In this document: in pieces, positions 1 to 8,252 of the stretch | Position numbering within the stretch: the first letter of the stretch is position 1 | Layout of the letters: the number at the start of each line of letters is the position of its first letter | Virus record (IMG/VR): IMGVR_UViG_3300042383_001692 | Direction: 5' to 3' (one strand) | DNA from: an uncultured virus (IMG/VR IMGVR_UViG_3300042383_001692) | Taxonomy: Duplodnaviria; Heunggongvirae; Uroviricota; Caudoviricetes | DNA length: 20,000 nt | Notes under the pieces: model-generated | Database searches by the model: none | Told to the model about the DNA's origin: nothing | The model's input: the letters and a program-made list of their open reading frames with translations, nothing else | Program-made: the position numbers and the translations under genes

Positions 1-224
1 TCGATGCGTTTGAGGCGTTGACTACTACAGAAATGGGACAGTTGTTTACGCGCATGCTGTTTTTAGATCCAGAAGACCCCGACGTGACGCCGGAAGATCT
101 TCACATTGCTCGTCAGCGTGCACTGAAAGGCAAAGCAGTGAAGATCGAAGCCGGCATCATTGACGGTGAGGTTAAAGAAATCAGTCCAAAAACACAGGAG
201 GACGCCCCTGCCTTTTCGGACTGA
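1..224 (+). CDS. 3' end of a plus-strand gene entering from the left edge (hypothetical protein, partial)
   Basis: Frame is open from position 3 (DAFEALTTTEMGQLF...) to TGA at 222-224. It converges on and overlaps the end of the minus-strand ORF at 181. No family recognised. Confidence 0.5.
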   Translation, partial: DAFEALTTTEMGQLFTRMLFLDPEDPDVTPEDLHIARQRALKGKAVKIEAGIIDGEVKEISPKTQEDAPAFSD

Positions 225-696
225 CAACGCGCTTTCCTTTCGCGCCGTTGATTTCGTACAGGTATTCCCGGGGCTTGTCCCACGCGTCTCGCGCGTCCTT
301 GCCTTTGAACTCGTATTCCGTGTACGAATCCAGTTCCGGAATTGAAAGCATGAAACTGCTGCCGTTGGCCAATTCATCTATCAAATCTACAGACATGTCG
401 TGCATGTCCGTAAAAAACGAGTCGTTGTATGCGTGCAGCTCTTCGCTGGAATCCGGAAAGCGCTCATGAATCACATGAGCAATGGCGTAGTGCATCAGGT
501 TGAACAGCGCCGTGTCGTTTCTGACGTTGGTTTTGGTCAGGCCCGAGATTTCCAGCGACAGGATGCAGTGCTCTGCTGGAAGCGTGTTGTCCTGCACCAC
601 GATGCGAATGTTCTTTTTGAAACGATCGCGGGCGACAGACACGATGTAATCCTTGTTTTTAGGTTCGATTTTTGGCGTCTTGATTTTTTTGGGCAT
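181..696 (-). CDS. hypothetical protein (~171 aa)
   Basis: ATG at 696 (MPKKIKTPK...) lies 5 nt after the thyX stop, giving operon-like packing. Confidence 0.7.
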   Translation of the reverse strand: MPKKIKTPKIEPKNKDYIVSVARDRFKKNIRIVVQDNTLPAEHCILSLEISGLTKTNVRNDTALFNLMHYAIAHVIHERFPDSSEELHAYNDSFFTDMHDMSVDLIDELANGSSFMLSIPELDSYTEYEFKGKDARDAWDKPREYLYEINGAKGKRVVSPKRQGRPPVFLD

Positions 697-701
697 AAAT
701 A

Positions 702-1415
702 TCAGGGAAGCGCAATGCCTTCGCGCAGCCACGCGGCTGTGTTGGGCATGAACTTGTTGAAGATTTCAAAAATTTCGTTGGCGTACATTCGAATTTCGTA
801 TTGCGCGTCTTTCTGCATGCGCAGATCCAGGAAATGCATCAGGTTGTGCGCGTCGATGGTGCAGATGGCCTGATACATCATGGCAAATCCGGGCAGAAAC
901 AGGCGAGCTTGCTCCTTGGCCGCCTCTTTGTCCAGTGCAAACCGGTAGTTTCGCATGGCGGCCTGCTGTGCGTCATCCCATAATTGATTGAGCTCCTGCT
1001 CTGTTTCGTCGTCGACGTAGCCGTCCGATCCCTGCTTGCTGGACTTGCTCTGCAGTCGCCAAAACATTGGGTCCCAGACCTGCGTCTCGTCAAACTCAAC
1101 GTAGCGACCGGACTGAAAGTTGAACGACCAAGTGCGGTGCCGCACCCATTGCCACCACACCACTACGGGTGCAGTAATGCGAAACTTGAAGATCACGTGC
1201 TCAAACGGGCTGGTGTGCCTGTGTTTGAGCAGGTACTTCAGCAGCTTGAGATCGGCTTCTTCCCCCTTGCTTTCGCCGAGGTAGGAGACGCGCGCAGCGT
1301 TGACGACAGCAGTCTCCGGCCACACATTGGTGGATGGATGCGGCATAACGTCAATCAGCTGAACATATTCGCCTGGCTTGGGTTCGAGTTCCTTGATGAG
1401 ATGTTTGTATTCCAT
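702..1415 (-). CDS. thyX: flavin-dependent thymidylate synthase ThyX
   Basis: Signature RHRxxSxxxxSxR (RHRTWSFNFQSGRY), plus AARVSY, HTSPFEH, AKEQARLFLP and LRMQKDAQYEIR. Start taken at ATG 1415 (MEYKHLI). Confidence 0.96.
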   Translation of the reverse strand: MEYKHLIKELEPKPGEYVQLIDVMPHPSTNVWPETAVVNAARVSYLGESKGEEADLKLLKYLLKHRHTSPFEHVIFKFRITAPVVVWWQWVRHRTWSFNFQSGRYVEFDETQVWDPMFWRLQSKSSKQGSDGYVDDETEQELNQLWDDAQQAAMRNYRFALDKEAAKEQARLFLPGFAMMYQAICTIDAHNLMHFLDLRMQKDAQYEIRMYANEIFEIFNKFMPNTAAWLREGIALP

Positions 1416-1418
1416 TGT

Positions 1419-1446
1419 AAAAAAGAAAGAGGGGCCGCACCCCCTC
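1419..1446 (-). terminator. intrinsic terminator-like hairpin just upstream of thyX
   Basis: Minus strand GAGGGG-TGCGG-CCCCTC followed by TTTCTTTTTT. Confidence 0.6.
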
Positions 1447-1539
1447 AGTTTCACCCTTCGACAAGCCAGCAAGTGCCGTCACTTTGCAAGCCGCCTGTAT
1501 TCAGTTGTTCGTCTTCACCGATCTGTGCGGTCACGGCTA

Positions 1540-1587
1540 TGGAAAGAGCCGGGAATCGAACCCGGCTTTATGCCTACATATCTTCCC
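1540..1587 (-). ncRNA. minimal tRNA-like structure (acceptor stem + T-arm only)
   Basis: Minus strand GGGAAGA-UAUGUAGGCAUAAA-GCCGGG-UUCGAUU-CCCGGC-UCUUUCC-A. Canonical T-loop and a 7-bp acceptor-like stem, but no full D or anticodon arms. Confidence 0.6.
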
Positions 1588-1804
1588 GAAACAAAACGAT
1601 GTTTGCGCGGCGTGGATAACGCCACTGCATAAGAAGGTTTCTGATGCGCTTGTATGTGCACCACGTGATGATTTCCATGTAATACATACACCAGGCCATT
1701 TCCAGCGCCACGGCAAACGATTCGTTTTCTTCTCTGTTTACTTCAGCAGCTCCCACCAGTTCCATCAGGTGGTTCTGCATGTAAATCTTCTTTTCTTTGT
1801 CCAT
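1574..1804 (-). CDS. hypothetical protein (~76 aa)
   Basis: ATG at 1804 (MDKEKKIYMQ...). Same-strand packing; its stop lies inside the tRNA-like element. Confidence 0.5.
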   Translation of the reverse strand: MDKEKKIYMQNHLMELVGAAEVNREENESFAVALEMAWCMYYMEIITWCTYKRIRNLLMQWRYPRRANIVLFREDM

Positions 1805-2174
1805 GATTTTTTTGCCTGAGATGTTCTGCGTATTTCTGCTCAATGTAGTCCGCGGCGGCCAGCATTGCTTCAGCGCATTCCCGCGCCATCTTGGCGTTGA
1901 TATGCACGCTGGACCACAGCGGTTCGTCCAGAATCATGTGGTCCACCGTATCGAGTTCGATGTGCCCTGTATTCGGAGACGGAGACCAGCCCATCACATA
2001 CAGGTGATAGGCGTGCTTTTCTTCCATTCCGGGCCACAATTCAAGCGGGGTTCTGTATCGGATTTCATCCATATTCATCAGCGGCAGGAATCGAACCGTG
2101 CTGTCGTGATTCGGCAGGAGTTGGTGAGCATCGTATTCCCGTAGAGCCCGAATCTGCATCCCAATTGGCTTCAC
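1743..2174 (-). CDS. hypothetical protein (~143 aa)
   Basis: Long minus-strand ORF with protein-like composition. Start uncertain (GTG 2174 or ATG 2159). Confidence 0.6.
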   Translation of the reverse strand: MKPIGMQIRALREYDAHQLLPNHDSTVRFLPLMNMDEIRYRTPLELWPGMEEKHAYHLYVMGWSPSPNTGHIELDTVDHMILDEPLWSSVHINAKMARECAEAMLAAADYIEQKYAEHLRQKNHGQRKEDLHAEPPDGTGGSC

Positions 2175-2246
2175 TGATGCTGCGTCTGCATCAAAGATTA
2201 TTTAACCGTTGTTCAACGGGCGTAAGGAGGCCCCTGATGCAAACCA

Positions 2247-2319
2247 CGCTCTCGGAGGGATTCGAACCCCCAGCCAACCGGGTAGAAGCCGGTTGCTCTG
2301 TCCATTGAGCTACGAGAGC
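2247..2319 (-). tRNA. tRNA-Arg (anticodon UCU), CCA not encoded
   Basis: GCTCTCG-TA-GCTC AATGGACA GAGC-A-ACCGG CT TCT AC CCGGT-TGGCT-GGGGG TTCGAAT CCCTC-CGAGAGC-G forms a full cloverleaf. Confidence 0.95.
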
Positions 2320-2657
2320 CTGCGATGTCTTTCTCTATACTGCCATGCCGTCACACCGCATTTGCGCTGCATCACGGCAGACAAATGAGATGCATGACAA
2401 AACCCATGCTGCGCGGCAATGTCTTCCATGCCCCATGAACTGCTGGCTATCTTTTTCATTGCCTCTTCCATCTTTCGATGGAGACAATAGCCATGTGGGG
2501 TGTTTCCATACAAAACGCGAAACGCATCTGTAAGAACGCTTTTTGAGATTTCCATCGTGTCCATAAACCGATACAAATCCCCTTTCTCCTTGAACAAATA
2601 GTTTTTGTCGCACCAGATTTTCAACTGGTTTGCAAATTCTATAGTTTTTGCATTCAT
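2310..2657 (-). CDS. stand-alone AraC-family helix-turn-helix protein
   Basis: ISKSVLTDAFRVLYGNTPHGY...RKMEEAMKKI...MEDIAAQHGFCHASHLSAVMQRKCGVTAWQYR matches the AraC double-HTH pattern. No N-terminal sensor domain. Stop codon overlaps the tRNA 5' end. Confidence 0.85.
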   Translation of the reverse strand: MNAKTIEFANQLKIWCDKNYLFKEKGDLYRFMDTMEISKSVLTDAFRVLYGNTPHGYCLHRKMEEAMKKIASSSWGMEDIAAQHGFCHASHLSAVMQRKCGVTAWQYRERHRRLS

Positions 2658-2696
2658 TTTTGGAGGACAAAAAATTTTTGTCTATTTCTACATGCC

Positions 2697-2776
2697 CTGC
2701 AAGCCTCCGGAGAGATTCGAACTCTCACATTCGCAAAAGGCGAAATTCTAGCCAGTTAAATCACGGAGGCTTGCAG
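2697..2776 (-). ncRNA. atypical tRNA-like RNA with a shortened anticodon loop and a 13-bp acceptor stem
   Basis: CTGCAAGCCTCCG...D-arm (AACTGG)...TTCGC-CTTTT-GCGAA...GAGAG TTCGAAT CTCTC-CGGAGGCTTGCAG. T and D arms are normal; the anticodon loop is only 5 nt. Confidence 0.75.
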
Positions 2777-2779
2777 ATT

Positions 2780-3049
2780 CTATATGTTTTCGTTCAGGGC
2801 TTCCGCCACTTCAGACCAGCTGATGTCCCGCTTGCAGACTTTGGTTCCATCTGGAGTTTCCGCTTTGCCAAAGCATTGCTCGAGAATAACAGTGGCAGTG
2901 CGCCTGGCAGTTGCAGGCCCCCACTTTGTGCCGTGATTCCTGCGAATTTCGGCACGACGAGACACAATGCCATACGCATTCTCGTCGTTGTGCAGCCACA
3001 GCACGATGTTCCAGGTGTTGTAGTTCTTGTATCCGTTGTATTCAGTCAT
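2780..3049 (-). CDS. conserved phage hypothetical protein (YNGxxNYxTWNxxLWxxND type)
   Basis: N-terminal YNGYKNYNTWNIVLWLHNDE motif is recurrent in small phage proteins. GGAGG SD; ATGA overlap with the upstream gene. Confidence 0.75.
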   Translation of the reverse strand: MTEYNGYKNYNTWNIVLWLHNDENAYGIVSRRAEIRRNHGTKWGPATARRTATVILEQCFGKAETPDGTKVCKRDISWSEVAEALNENI

Positions 3050-3420
3050 TTTGCCTCCATGGCTTCTGAGCGAAACAGAACGGGAGTGTCACGATCTTCG
3101 CATTCATACTGCATTAGCGCAAGGACGTTCCAGGCTACGGCGGCTAGATGATCCTCATCCGTTTCTCCGCGGCGATACGCCTCCAGATGCCTCATGGCGC
3201 TGGCAAGCATCTGTTGAGAAGGAATTCCTTTCTGCCAGTTGTTTTCACCATACTTCTGAGCACCACGCGCATACAGCATGGCTACGCGCCACAACGCATG
3301 AGGAGGAATTAGATCAAATCTTGGTTTGTTCACGTCAGTGTCCCGGACAGCGCCAGTCTCAAAAGACCGGCGCTCTCCTGAATCCTTTGTTTCAAAAAAC
3401 AAGTGAGTAAATTTACTCAT
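3046..3420 (-). CDS. dATP/dGTP diphosphohydrolase-like protein (DUF5664 family)
   Basis: FETGAVRD...KPRFDLIP...GAQKYGENNWQKG...SAMRHL...EDHLAAVAWN is characteristic of this phage family. Confidence 0.9.
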   Translation of the reverse strand: MSKFTHLFFETKDSGERRSFETGAVRDTDVNKPRFDLIPPHALWRVAMLYARGAQKYGENNWQKGIPSQQMLASAMRHLEAYRRGETDEDHLAAVAWNVLALMQYECEDRDTPVLFRSEAMEAK

Positions 3421-3421
3421 T

Positions 3422-3982
3422 TCATTGAGTATTTGGAAAACGCGCAATTCCGGCAACGGTCGTATTTGGTCCTTCGTTGCTGTTCAGATACCGAAGGTCA
3501 AGAATTTCCATGCCGTCAAAAAACACATCTTCCATCGTGTCTTTTGTGAATCTCCAGTAGTCTTTTGGGTATGCGTGATACCGAAATCCGTAAGAAGGAG
3601 AAGTGATGATCAGAAGCTGATTACGGAGCGAATATTCGTTGATTCCACGATCTTCCGCAACCTGACGAGCGTTCCATAACGCGTATTTTGCGGAAGAAAC
3701 AACGTCAATCGGATATTTGACGTGTTCAAGACATTCGCAGATAACAAACGTATCTGCAGGATTTTTCATGGATTCGACGATTTGAAAGTAATCAAAATGA
3801 TCTTCATCGACGACTACGTCCACGTCGCGGCCTGCTTTGATGTCTACGCCAATCCATTGTGCATGGTGAATGGCCTGACGCGCTGACCCGTTGACGTTCA
3901 TGGACCCGATTTCGATTACGTTTCTATTTTTACCGATCAGATTTTCCATCGATCGGAGGTAGTTGAGAATTTCCGGCGTCAT
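3422..3982 (-). CDS. class I SAM-dependent methyltransferase
   Basis: VIEIGSMNVNGS (motif I variant), IGVDIKAGRDVDVV, ECLEHV, LIITSP and YHAYPKDYWRFT. Confidence 0.85.
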   Translation of the reverse strand: MTPEILNYLRSMENLIGKNRNVIEIGSMNVNGSARQAIHHAQWIGVDIKAGRDVDVVVDEDHFDYFQIVESMKNPADTFVICECLEHVKYPIDVVSSAKYALWNARQVAEDRGINEYSLRNQLLIITSPSYGFRYHAYPKDYWRFTKDTMEDVFFDGMEILDLRYLNSNEGPNTTVAGIARFPNTQ

Positions 3983-4193
3983 GTTTTGCTTCCTGGAACT
4001 GCCTAAACAATTCCATCATTCTGGCTCGAATTTGTGTGTCCGTTTTAGGCGGACACACATACGAGATGTTCATTTGCTGCTTGTTTCCAAACGATGCAGC
4101 AATTTCCACGGCATTGTATTCTTCCGCGGCCAGAATCGCACACGACGCCATCAAAAAATTCGGCACCTGAAACTTAATCCTCTTCGTTTCCAA
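3930..4193 (-). CDS. hypothetical protein (~87 aa)
   Basis: Fills the gap between neighbouring genes; TTG start uncertain. Confidence 0.5.
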   Translation of the reverse strand: METKRIKFQVPNFLMASCAILAAEEYNAVEIAASFGNKQQMNISYVCPPKTDTQIRARMMELFRQFQEAKHDAGNSQLPPIDGKSDR

Positions 4194-4602
4194 GATTCTG
4201 AAGCATCCTCCACTTCTCTCCGATTTCTTCCTGAATGCTTTCGTACATCTTGTCGATGCGTCCCTGAATCAGATCTACCGCTTTTCGCCCTTTTGTGCCA
4301 TCTTCCACGCATTCAATCATCAGCGCTGTAACTTCGGCCATTTGCTGAGCAAAGTAATTGGCAATTTGAAGATGAACACGAACGCTTTCGTCAAAAGAGT
4401 ACATCTCCTTGTACGACTGCTCTTTCCATGTCATGTCCATTTTTTTGGAAACAACAATGCGGGTTAAAAGTTCCACGCCTTCGCGCAAAAAATCCATCAG
4501 CTCTGTTGAGTTTTCCAGCACGCTGCCGCAGGCAGACAATGCAATCTCGGAGGCAGACCACTCGGTGACGATTTCGTGCTCAATCTCTTCTTCAGATTTC
4601 AT
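4174..4602 (-). CDS. hypothetical helical protein (~142 aa)
   Basis: AGGAGA SD upstream of ATG 4602 (MKSEEEIEHE). Confidence 0.65.
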   Translation of the reverse strand: MKSEEEIEHEIVTEWSASEIALSACGSVLENSTELMDFLREGVELLTRIVVSKKMDMTWKEQSYKEMYSFDESVRVHLQIANYFAQQMAEVTALMIECVEDGTKGRKAVDLIQGRIDKMYESIQEEIGEKWRMLQNLGNEED

Positions 4603-4661
4603 AGGTGTATTGTCTCCTTGTTTTGCCTGCAGAAAAACGGGCCTCTTTCGAGGCCCTCCAA

Positions 4662-4991
4662 TCATTCTTCCTTGCCGCCCTGTCCACTCAAAAACGACCA
4701 GCGATCCACGATGATTTCCAAAGTGGCCGTGGCATTTCCGTCTTTTGCGATGTAGGCGTTGAGATTTCCGTTCTTGTGGCTCACGCGGCCAGAGAACGAA
4801 ATCCCGCGTCCCTTCTGCAAATACTGATTGGCGACTTCAGCGGACTTGCCGAAAATCGTCAGGCGCAGCCAGATCACTTCATCTTTTCCTTCCGGCGAAC
4901 GAGCGCGGAAATTGGTGATGGCGGTGCCCTTTTCGTTGTACTTCATCTCGGGCTCGGTGATGAGGTATGCGTCTCCATTCACGGTAATCAT
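4662..4991 (-). CDS. ssb: single-stranded DNA-binding protein (OB fold) without an acidic C-terminal tail
   Basis: EPEMKYNEKGTAITNFR...WLRLTIFGKSAEVANQYLQKGRGISFSGR...LEIIVDRWSFL. AGGAGA SD. Confidence 0.9.
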   Translation of the reverse strand: MITVNGDAYLITEPEMKYNEKGTAITNFRARSPEGKDEVIWLRLTIFGKSAEVANQYLQKGRGISFSGRVSHKNGNLNAYIAKDGNATATLEIIVDRWSFLSGQGGKEE

Positions 4992-5004
4992 TGTGTGTTT
5001 TCTC

Positions 5005-6354
5005 CTAATACTTTCTAAACGTTCTCTTGTAAAACGTCGACTGAATTCCGTTTTCAAGATTGTATAAGCTGCGATACATTTCGATGTTTGCAGCCTTCAA
5101 CAACTGATCCACAAATTCAAACATTCCAGACGATTGGGACTCTCCCATGCCTGTCACGTTGCCGTCGCTGATCCAGATCTTTCGACCTTTCTGCTGCGAC
5201 AGCCACAGAAGAGCAGGGCCGTCGATCACATTGCTGTATCCGACGTCCATGCGCATCTTTTCGATCTGTTCCGCGCCGGCGTATTTCCCATTCTTTCCAA
5301 GAATGTATAAGCTTCCGCGATTGATGCTGCCCGAGTATCCAGCCACGATAGACGCCGGCTGCTTTTCCAGGATCTGAATCACATCCTTTTCTTCGAAACT
5401 CATGCTGCCCGAGCAGTCGATCAGCACGGCCATCGGCGGAATCGAGCGATCCTTCAGGCCCCACACCTTCATGTCGGTGATAGCGCGGTGCATATAGCGC
5501 AGTGAGCCCATATACTTGGGCTTGTAAGCCTGCTTCCAATTGCGCATCATGGAGTTTTCCAGAGGCATTTCCCGAATGTCCATGTCGCCCCAAATGCAGT
5601 CTTCCGCAACTGGAAAATCGTATTCCTCGACATCTTCAATCAACTGCTTTTGATTTTCCAAAGACCGCTTTGCTTCATTGACGCGCAGAATTAAATTTTT
5701 TGCGTATTCCGAAAAGGTTTTTTCGTTAAAAAGACTGCTTTGCCTTCGAATTGTTTCTTTGCAGTAAAACACTAGGTCGTACAAAGCGCGGTTGATGTCG
5801 TGGCCGTAGGGATGCTTGGTCAAAACCCCGGCAAGATCCCCGACCATCTTCTCCATTTTCTTGCACTCTGCTCGCGTTTCCTTGTTTCTGCTGTAAACCT
5901 CGTCGTGCGCCCACGATCCGTAATACACGCCAAGCGTCTGAAGCAGATAGCTTGCCTGCGATCCAATTTCCATCTTGCTGAACTTTTCCAGGAATTTCTT
6001 TTTGGGAATCAGATCGTGCTCAAACGGAAGGTGGCGCGAGCTTTTACCAATAAACGCGTTGACCGCCGCGTCCATGCATGCCTGAATCAGGTGGTCATCT
6101 GCGCCTTCGTTTTTCATTTCGGTGATGAACGAAAGCGGCAGAATGTTTCTTTCCGTCATGGCGACATGTCCGTATTCATGCGCCTTCAACGAGCCGTAAT
6201 TTTTCTGCGTGATCATCTTGCCGTCGACTTCCGGAAGATGAATCACCCCCTGGTCTTTAGGACTCAGGGGGATTTCCGTCATGGCGCTCCGACCCGATCC
6301 CGAAACAATCGAGAACGAGCCGGAGTGCAGGGTGTTTGCAACGGTCTTTTTCAT
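5005..6354 (-). CDS. VWA-domain protein with an N-terminal HEXXH motif (MoxR partner)
   Basis: HEYGH putative zincin motif and MIDAS-like LIDCSGSM. Directly downstream of a MoxR AAA gene. Confidence 0.8.
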   Translation of the reverse strand: MKKTVANTLHSGSFSIVSGSGRSAMTEIPLSPKDQGVIHLPEVDGKMITQKNYGSLKAHEYGHVAMTERNILPLSFITEMKNEGADDHLIQACMDAAVNAFIGKSSRHLPFEHDLIPKKKFLEKFSKMEIGSQASYLLQTLGVYYGSWAHDEVYSRNKETRAECKKMEKMVGDLAGVLTKHPYGHDINRALYDLVFYCKETIRRQSSLFNEKTFSEYAKNLILRVNEAKRSLENQKQLIEDVEEYDFPVAEDCIWGDMDIREMPLENSMMRNWKQAYKPKYMGSLRYMHRAITDMKVWGLKDRSIPPMAVLIDCSGSMSFEEKDVIQILEKQPASIVAGYSGSINRGSLYILGKNGKYAGAEQIEKMRMDVGYSNVIDGPALLWLSQQKGRKIWISDGNVTGMGESQSSGMFEFVDQLLKAANIEMYRSLYNLENGIQSTFYKRTFRKY

Positions 6355-6356
6355 AA

Positions 6357-7088
6357 TTACTTTGAGCTCAAATGGCAGGCAAGCGCCACTTCGCTGACAA
6401 TGTCGGGAGACACATGTCCCCACACCGCCTGCGCCGCCGCTTCTTGCCCAATGGTTTCGGACAAACGCACAAACGCAAACGCTTCGCGTGACGTGATTGT
6501 CGGCTTCTTGTTGCCTTCACCGTAACTTCGCTTCACCATGTCACCGAGACCTGGCCTCCAGGAGTTCAGCGACTGAATGATGTTCGGATGCGGCGTAGTT
6601 ACTTTCAGACGCGCCTCAAACCGGTCCTGCAGCGCCTCCGGCAGCTTGCTGAACGGCGAATTGCTCGTAGCGATGATGCGCAGATCCGCATGCCGCTCCA
6701 CCGTTTCCCCCGTCATCAGCGTGATTTTCGCCGACTCCCGGCTGTCCAGGATCGACAGCAGAAAATCCAGCACCGCGTCCGATGCTCGCCCCAGCTCGTT
6801 CAGCACGAGGATTCCGCCGCTGCGGAAAGCCAGCATGATCGGGCCGTCGCGCCACACCCAGGCGCCGCTTTCAGTCGGGATGTAGGTGCCCTGATATTCC
6901 TGCACGGACGAATCCGGGTTAAACGTGATCTGATAAACAAAAAGCTTCTCTCCGTTCTTTCCGTTCAGACCGGCGTAGGTCTTGCCGAGGCCGGGAGCGC
7001 CCTCGATAAACGTGGTGAACGCATTGCGCACGCACATGTTCACAAGACTCCACTGCTCGACGTCGTTGCTCCAGTTCATAGTAGTCAT
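6357..7088 (-). CDS. MoxR/CbbQ/CobS-like AAA+ ATPase
   Basis: Walker A GAPGLGKT, WVWRDGPI, Walker B variant ILVLNE, RIIATSN and LPEALQDRF. AGGAGA SD. Confidence 0.9.
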   Translation of the reverse strand: MTTMNWSNDVEQWSLVNMCVRNAFTTFIEGAPGLGKTYAGLNGKNGEKLFVYQITFNPDSSVQEYQGTYIPTESGAWVWRDGPIMLAFRSGGILVLNELGRASDAVLDFLLSILDSRESAKITLMTGETVERHADLRIIATSNSPFSKLPEALQDRFEARLKVTTPHPNIIQSLNSWRPGLGDMVKRSYGEGNKKPTITSREAFAFVRLSETIGQEAAAQAVWGHVSPDIVSEVALACHLSSK

Positions 7089-7126
7089 AGGTTCTCCTTA
7101 TGCTTGGAGGGGTTCCATATCCCCCG

Positions 7127-7145
7127 CTCATGCGGCCGTCAGGCC
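7127..7145 (-). promoter_or_regulatory. TGAC-loop hairpin motif, copy upstream of the AAA/VWA operon
   Basis: GGCC-TGAC-GGCC-GCATGAG, one of 11 copies in the window. Confidence 0.7.
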
Positions 7146-7172
7146 AAAACTTCTCGAGTTTTCCAGCAAATC

Positions 7173-7442
7173 TCAAATTCCGACTTCTTTGCGCGCAGCT
7201 TCCATTTTTTCCCGGTTGTATACGTCAAACTTTTGCAGCCAGCTCCACGCGTACTTGTATCCCGGGGAATCGCTTTCTTCAGCCTTCACTTTTTCAATTT
7301 CCGAAAGCGAAACGCTTTCGTAAATTTCCATGAAATGGCGCATCATTTCAGGGTTTTCCTTGTAAGAAACAGTCAAATAGCAAATTGCCTTAAGGCGATT
7401 GCTGATTTTTCTCATCGACTTCCATTTCTGTTTTTCTTCCAT
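7173..7442 (-). CDS. hypothetical protein (~89 aa)
   Basis: ATG 7442 (MEEKQKWKS) preceded by AGGTGG. Confidence 0.6.
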   Translation of the reverse strand: MEEKQKWKSMRKISNRLKAICYLTVSYKENPEMMRHFMEIYESVSLSEIEKVKAEESDSPGYKYAWSWLQKFDVYNREKMEAARKEVGI

Positions 7443-7770
7443 GTATAACCACCTTTGCGTTTTTAAATAAACCAAACACTTTGGCGAGTTCAATGCGTTC
7501 GAGATTGGAAAGACCTGCAAAGTTTTCAGGAATTGCAATATCTATTCCTTCTCTTTGTGCGTCTCTAAACCTATCTTCACAGACAAGTTCATGTGGAAGA
7601 CGCAAAGCGGATGCTCGAAGTTTTGCACGCCCCGTCAACGAGACTTTTGTGCCAAATCTGATGCGAGCGGGACACGCTGCAGCTCCTATATACGGAATCT
7701 TTCCAGAAGCCATAGTTCCGCTGCCGGAAATTCCATCTCCTGAATCCGGCGAATATGCGGTAATTGACAT
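7390..7770 (-). CDS. 3D-domain (cell wall lytic transglycosylase-like) protein
   Basis: ITAYS...TMASGK...AACPARIRFGTKV...CEDR...IDI fits the 3D-domain pattern. Start chosen right after the stop of the upstream ORF; it could extend further upstream. Confidence 0.75.
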   Translation of the reverse strand: MSITAYSPDSGDGISGSGTMASGKIPYIGAAACPARIRFGTKVSLTGRAKLRASALRLPHELVCEDRFRDAQREGIDIAIPENFAGLSNLERIELAKVFGLFKNAKVVIHGRKTEMEVDEKNQQSP

Positions 7771-7777
7771 GAAATAT

Positions 7778-8095
7778 TCACGAAAAAGAATGCTCTTTTC
7801 TGAGAATTTCCACGATTTTGCAGAACTCTCCGCTTCGAAATTCAGCAACGCATTTTTTCCATGAGATGGAAATGGTATTGTGAAAAACCAGAAAATCGTC
7901 AGGATTTTCCAGAAGACGAAACGGAAGGGCTTCCATTGACTCTGAAATTTGAACAATTTGTTTGAGGCATGCACGTTTGCACGGGGAGTAAAGAGACTTG
8001 ATTCCATACTCCCGGGTAGAACGAGAGTAAACGAATAGCAGGACGGGAATTCCGTTCTGTTCTGCTGTGGACCATTGAATCAAATGCTCTTGCAT
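7778..8095 (-). CDS. hypothetical protein (~105 aa)
   Basis: ATG start; ends 7 nt before the chosen 3D gene start. Confidence 0.5.
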   Translation of the reverse strand: MQEHLIQWSTAEQNGIPVLLFVYSRSTREYGIKSLYSPCKRACLKQIVQISESMEALPFRLLENPDDFLVFHNTISISWKKCVAEFRSGEFCKIVEILRKEHSFS

Positions 8096-8212
8096 TAACT
8101 AGGATTGTAAAGTCCTGTTCAGTTTTGCAGACAAAAACACCCTTGCAAAACTTCCATGTTTTTGTAGAATAAAAACATTCGGTTTTGGTGTTGTTCTCCT
8201 CTTGGGATCTCC

Positions 8213-8252
8213 GGAGACCCCCGCATTCGGCAATGCGGGGGTTCTCTTTTTT
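8213..8252 (+). terminator. strong GC hairpin with a T-tract on the plus strand (may also protect the 3' end of the minus-strand mRNA)
   Basis: GAGACCCCCGCATT-CGGC-AATGCGGGGGTTCTC-TTTTT, directly after the stop of ORF 8252..8641. Confidence 0.6.

Noticed and set aside
1447..1540. ZTP or other riboswitch, or permuted tmRNA, upstream of the thyX terminator
   Set aside because: Only the opening GCCGUGAC resembles the pfl motif. The conserved 3' pseudoknot segment is absent, and no tmRNA 5' domain or tag ending in AA was found.
2185..2246. HDV-like (theta) ribozyme after tRNA-Arg
   Set aside because: GGC-CUCCUUAC-GCC resembles P3/L3, but I could not build P1/P1.1 or find the catalytic C in J4/2.
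5800..7448. Plus-strand ORFs of 241 and 286 aa
   Set aside because: Antisense to the clearly motif-bearing AAA and VWA genes.
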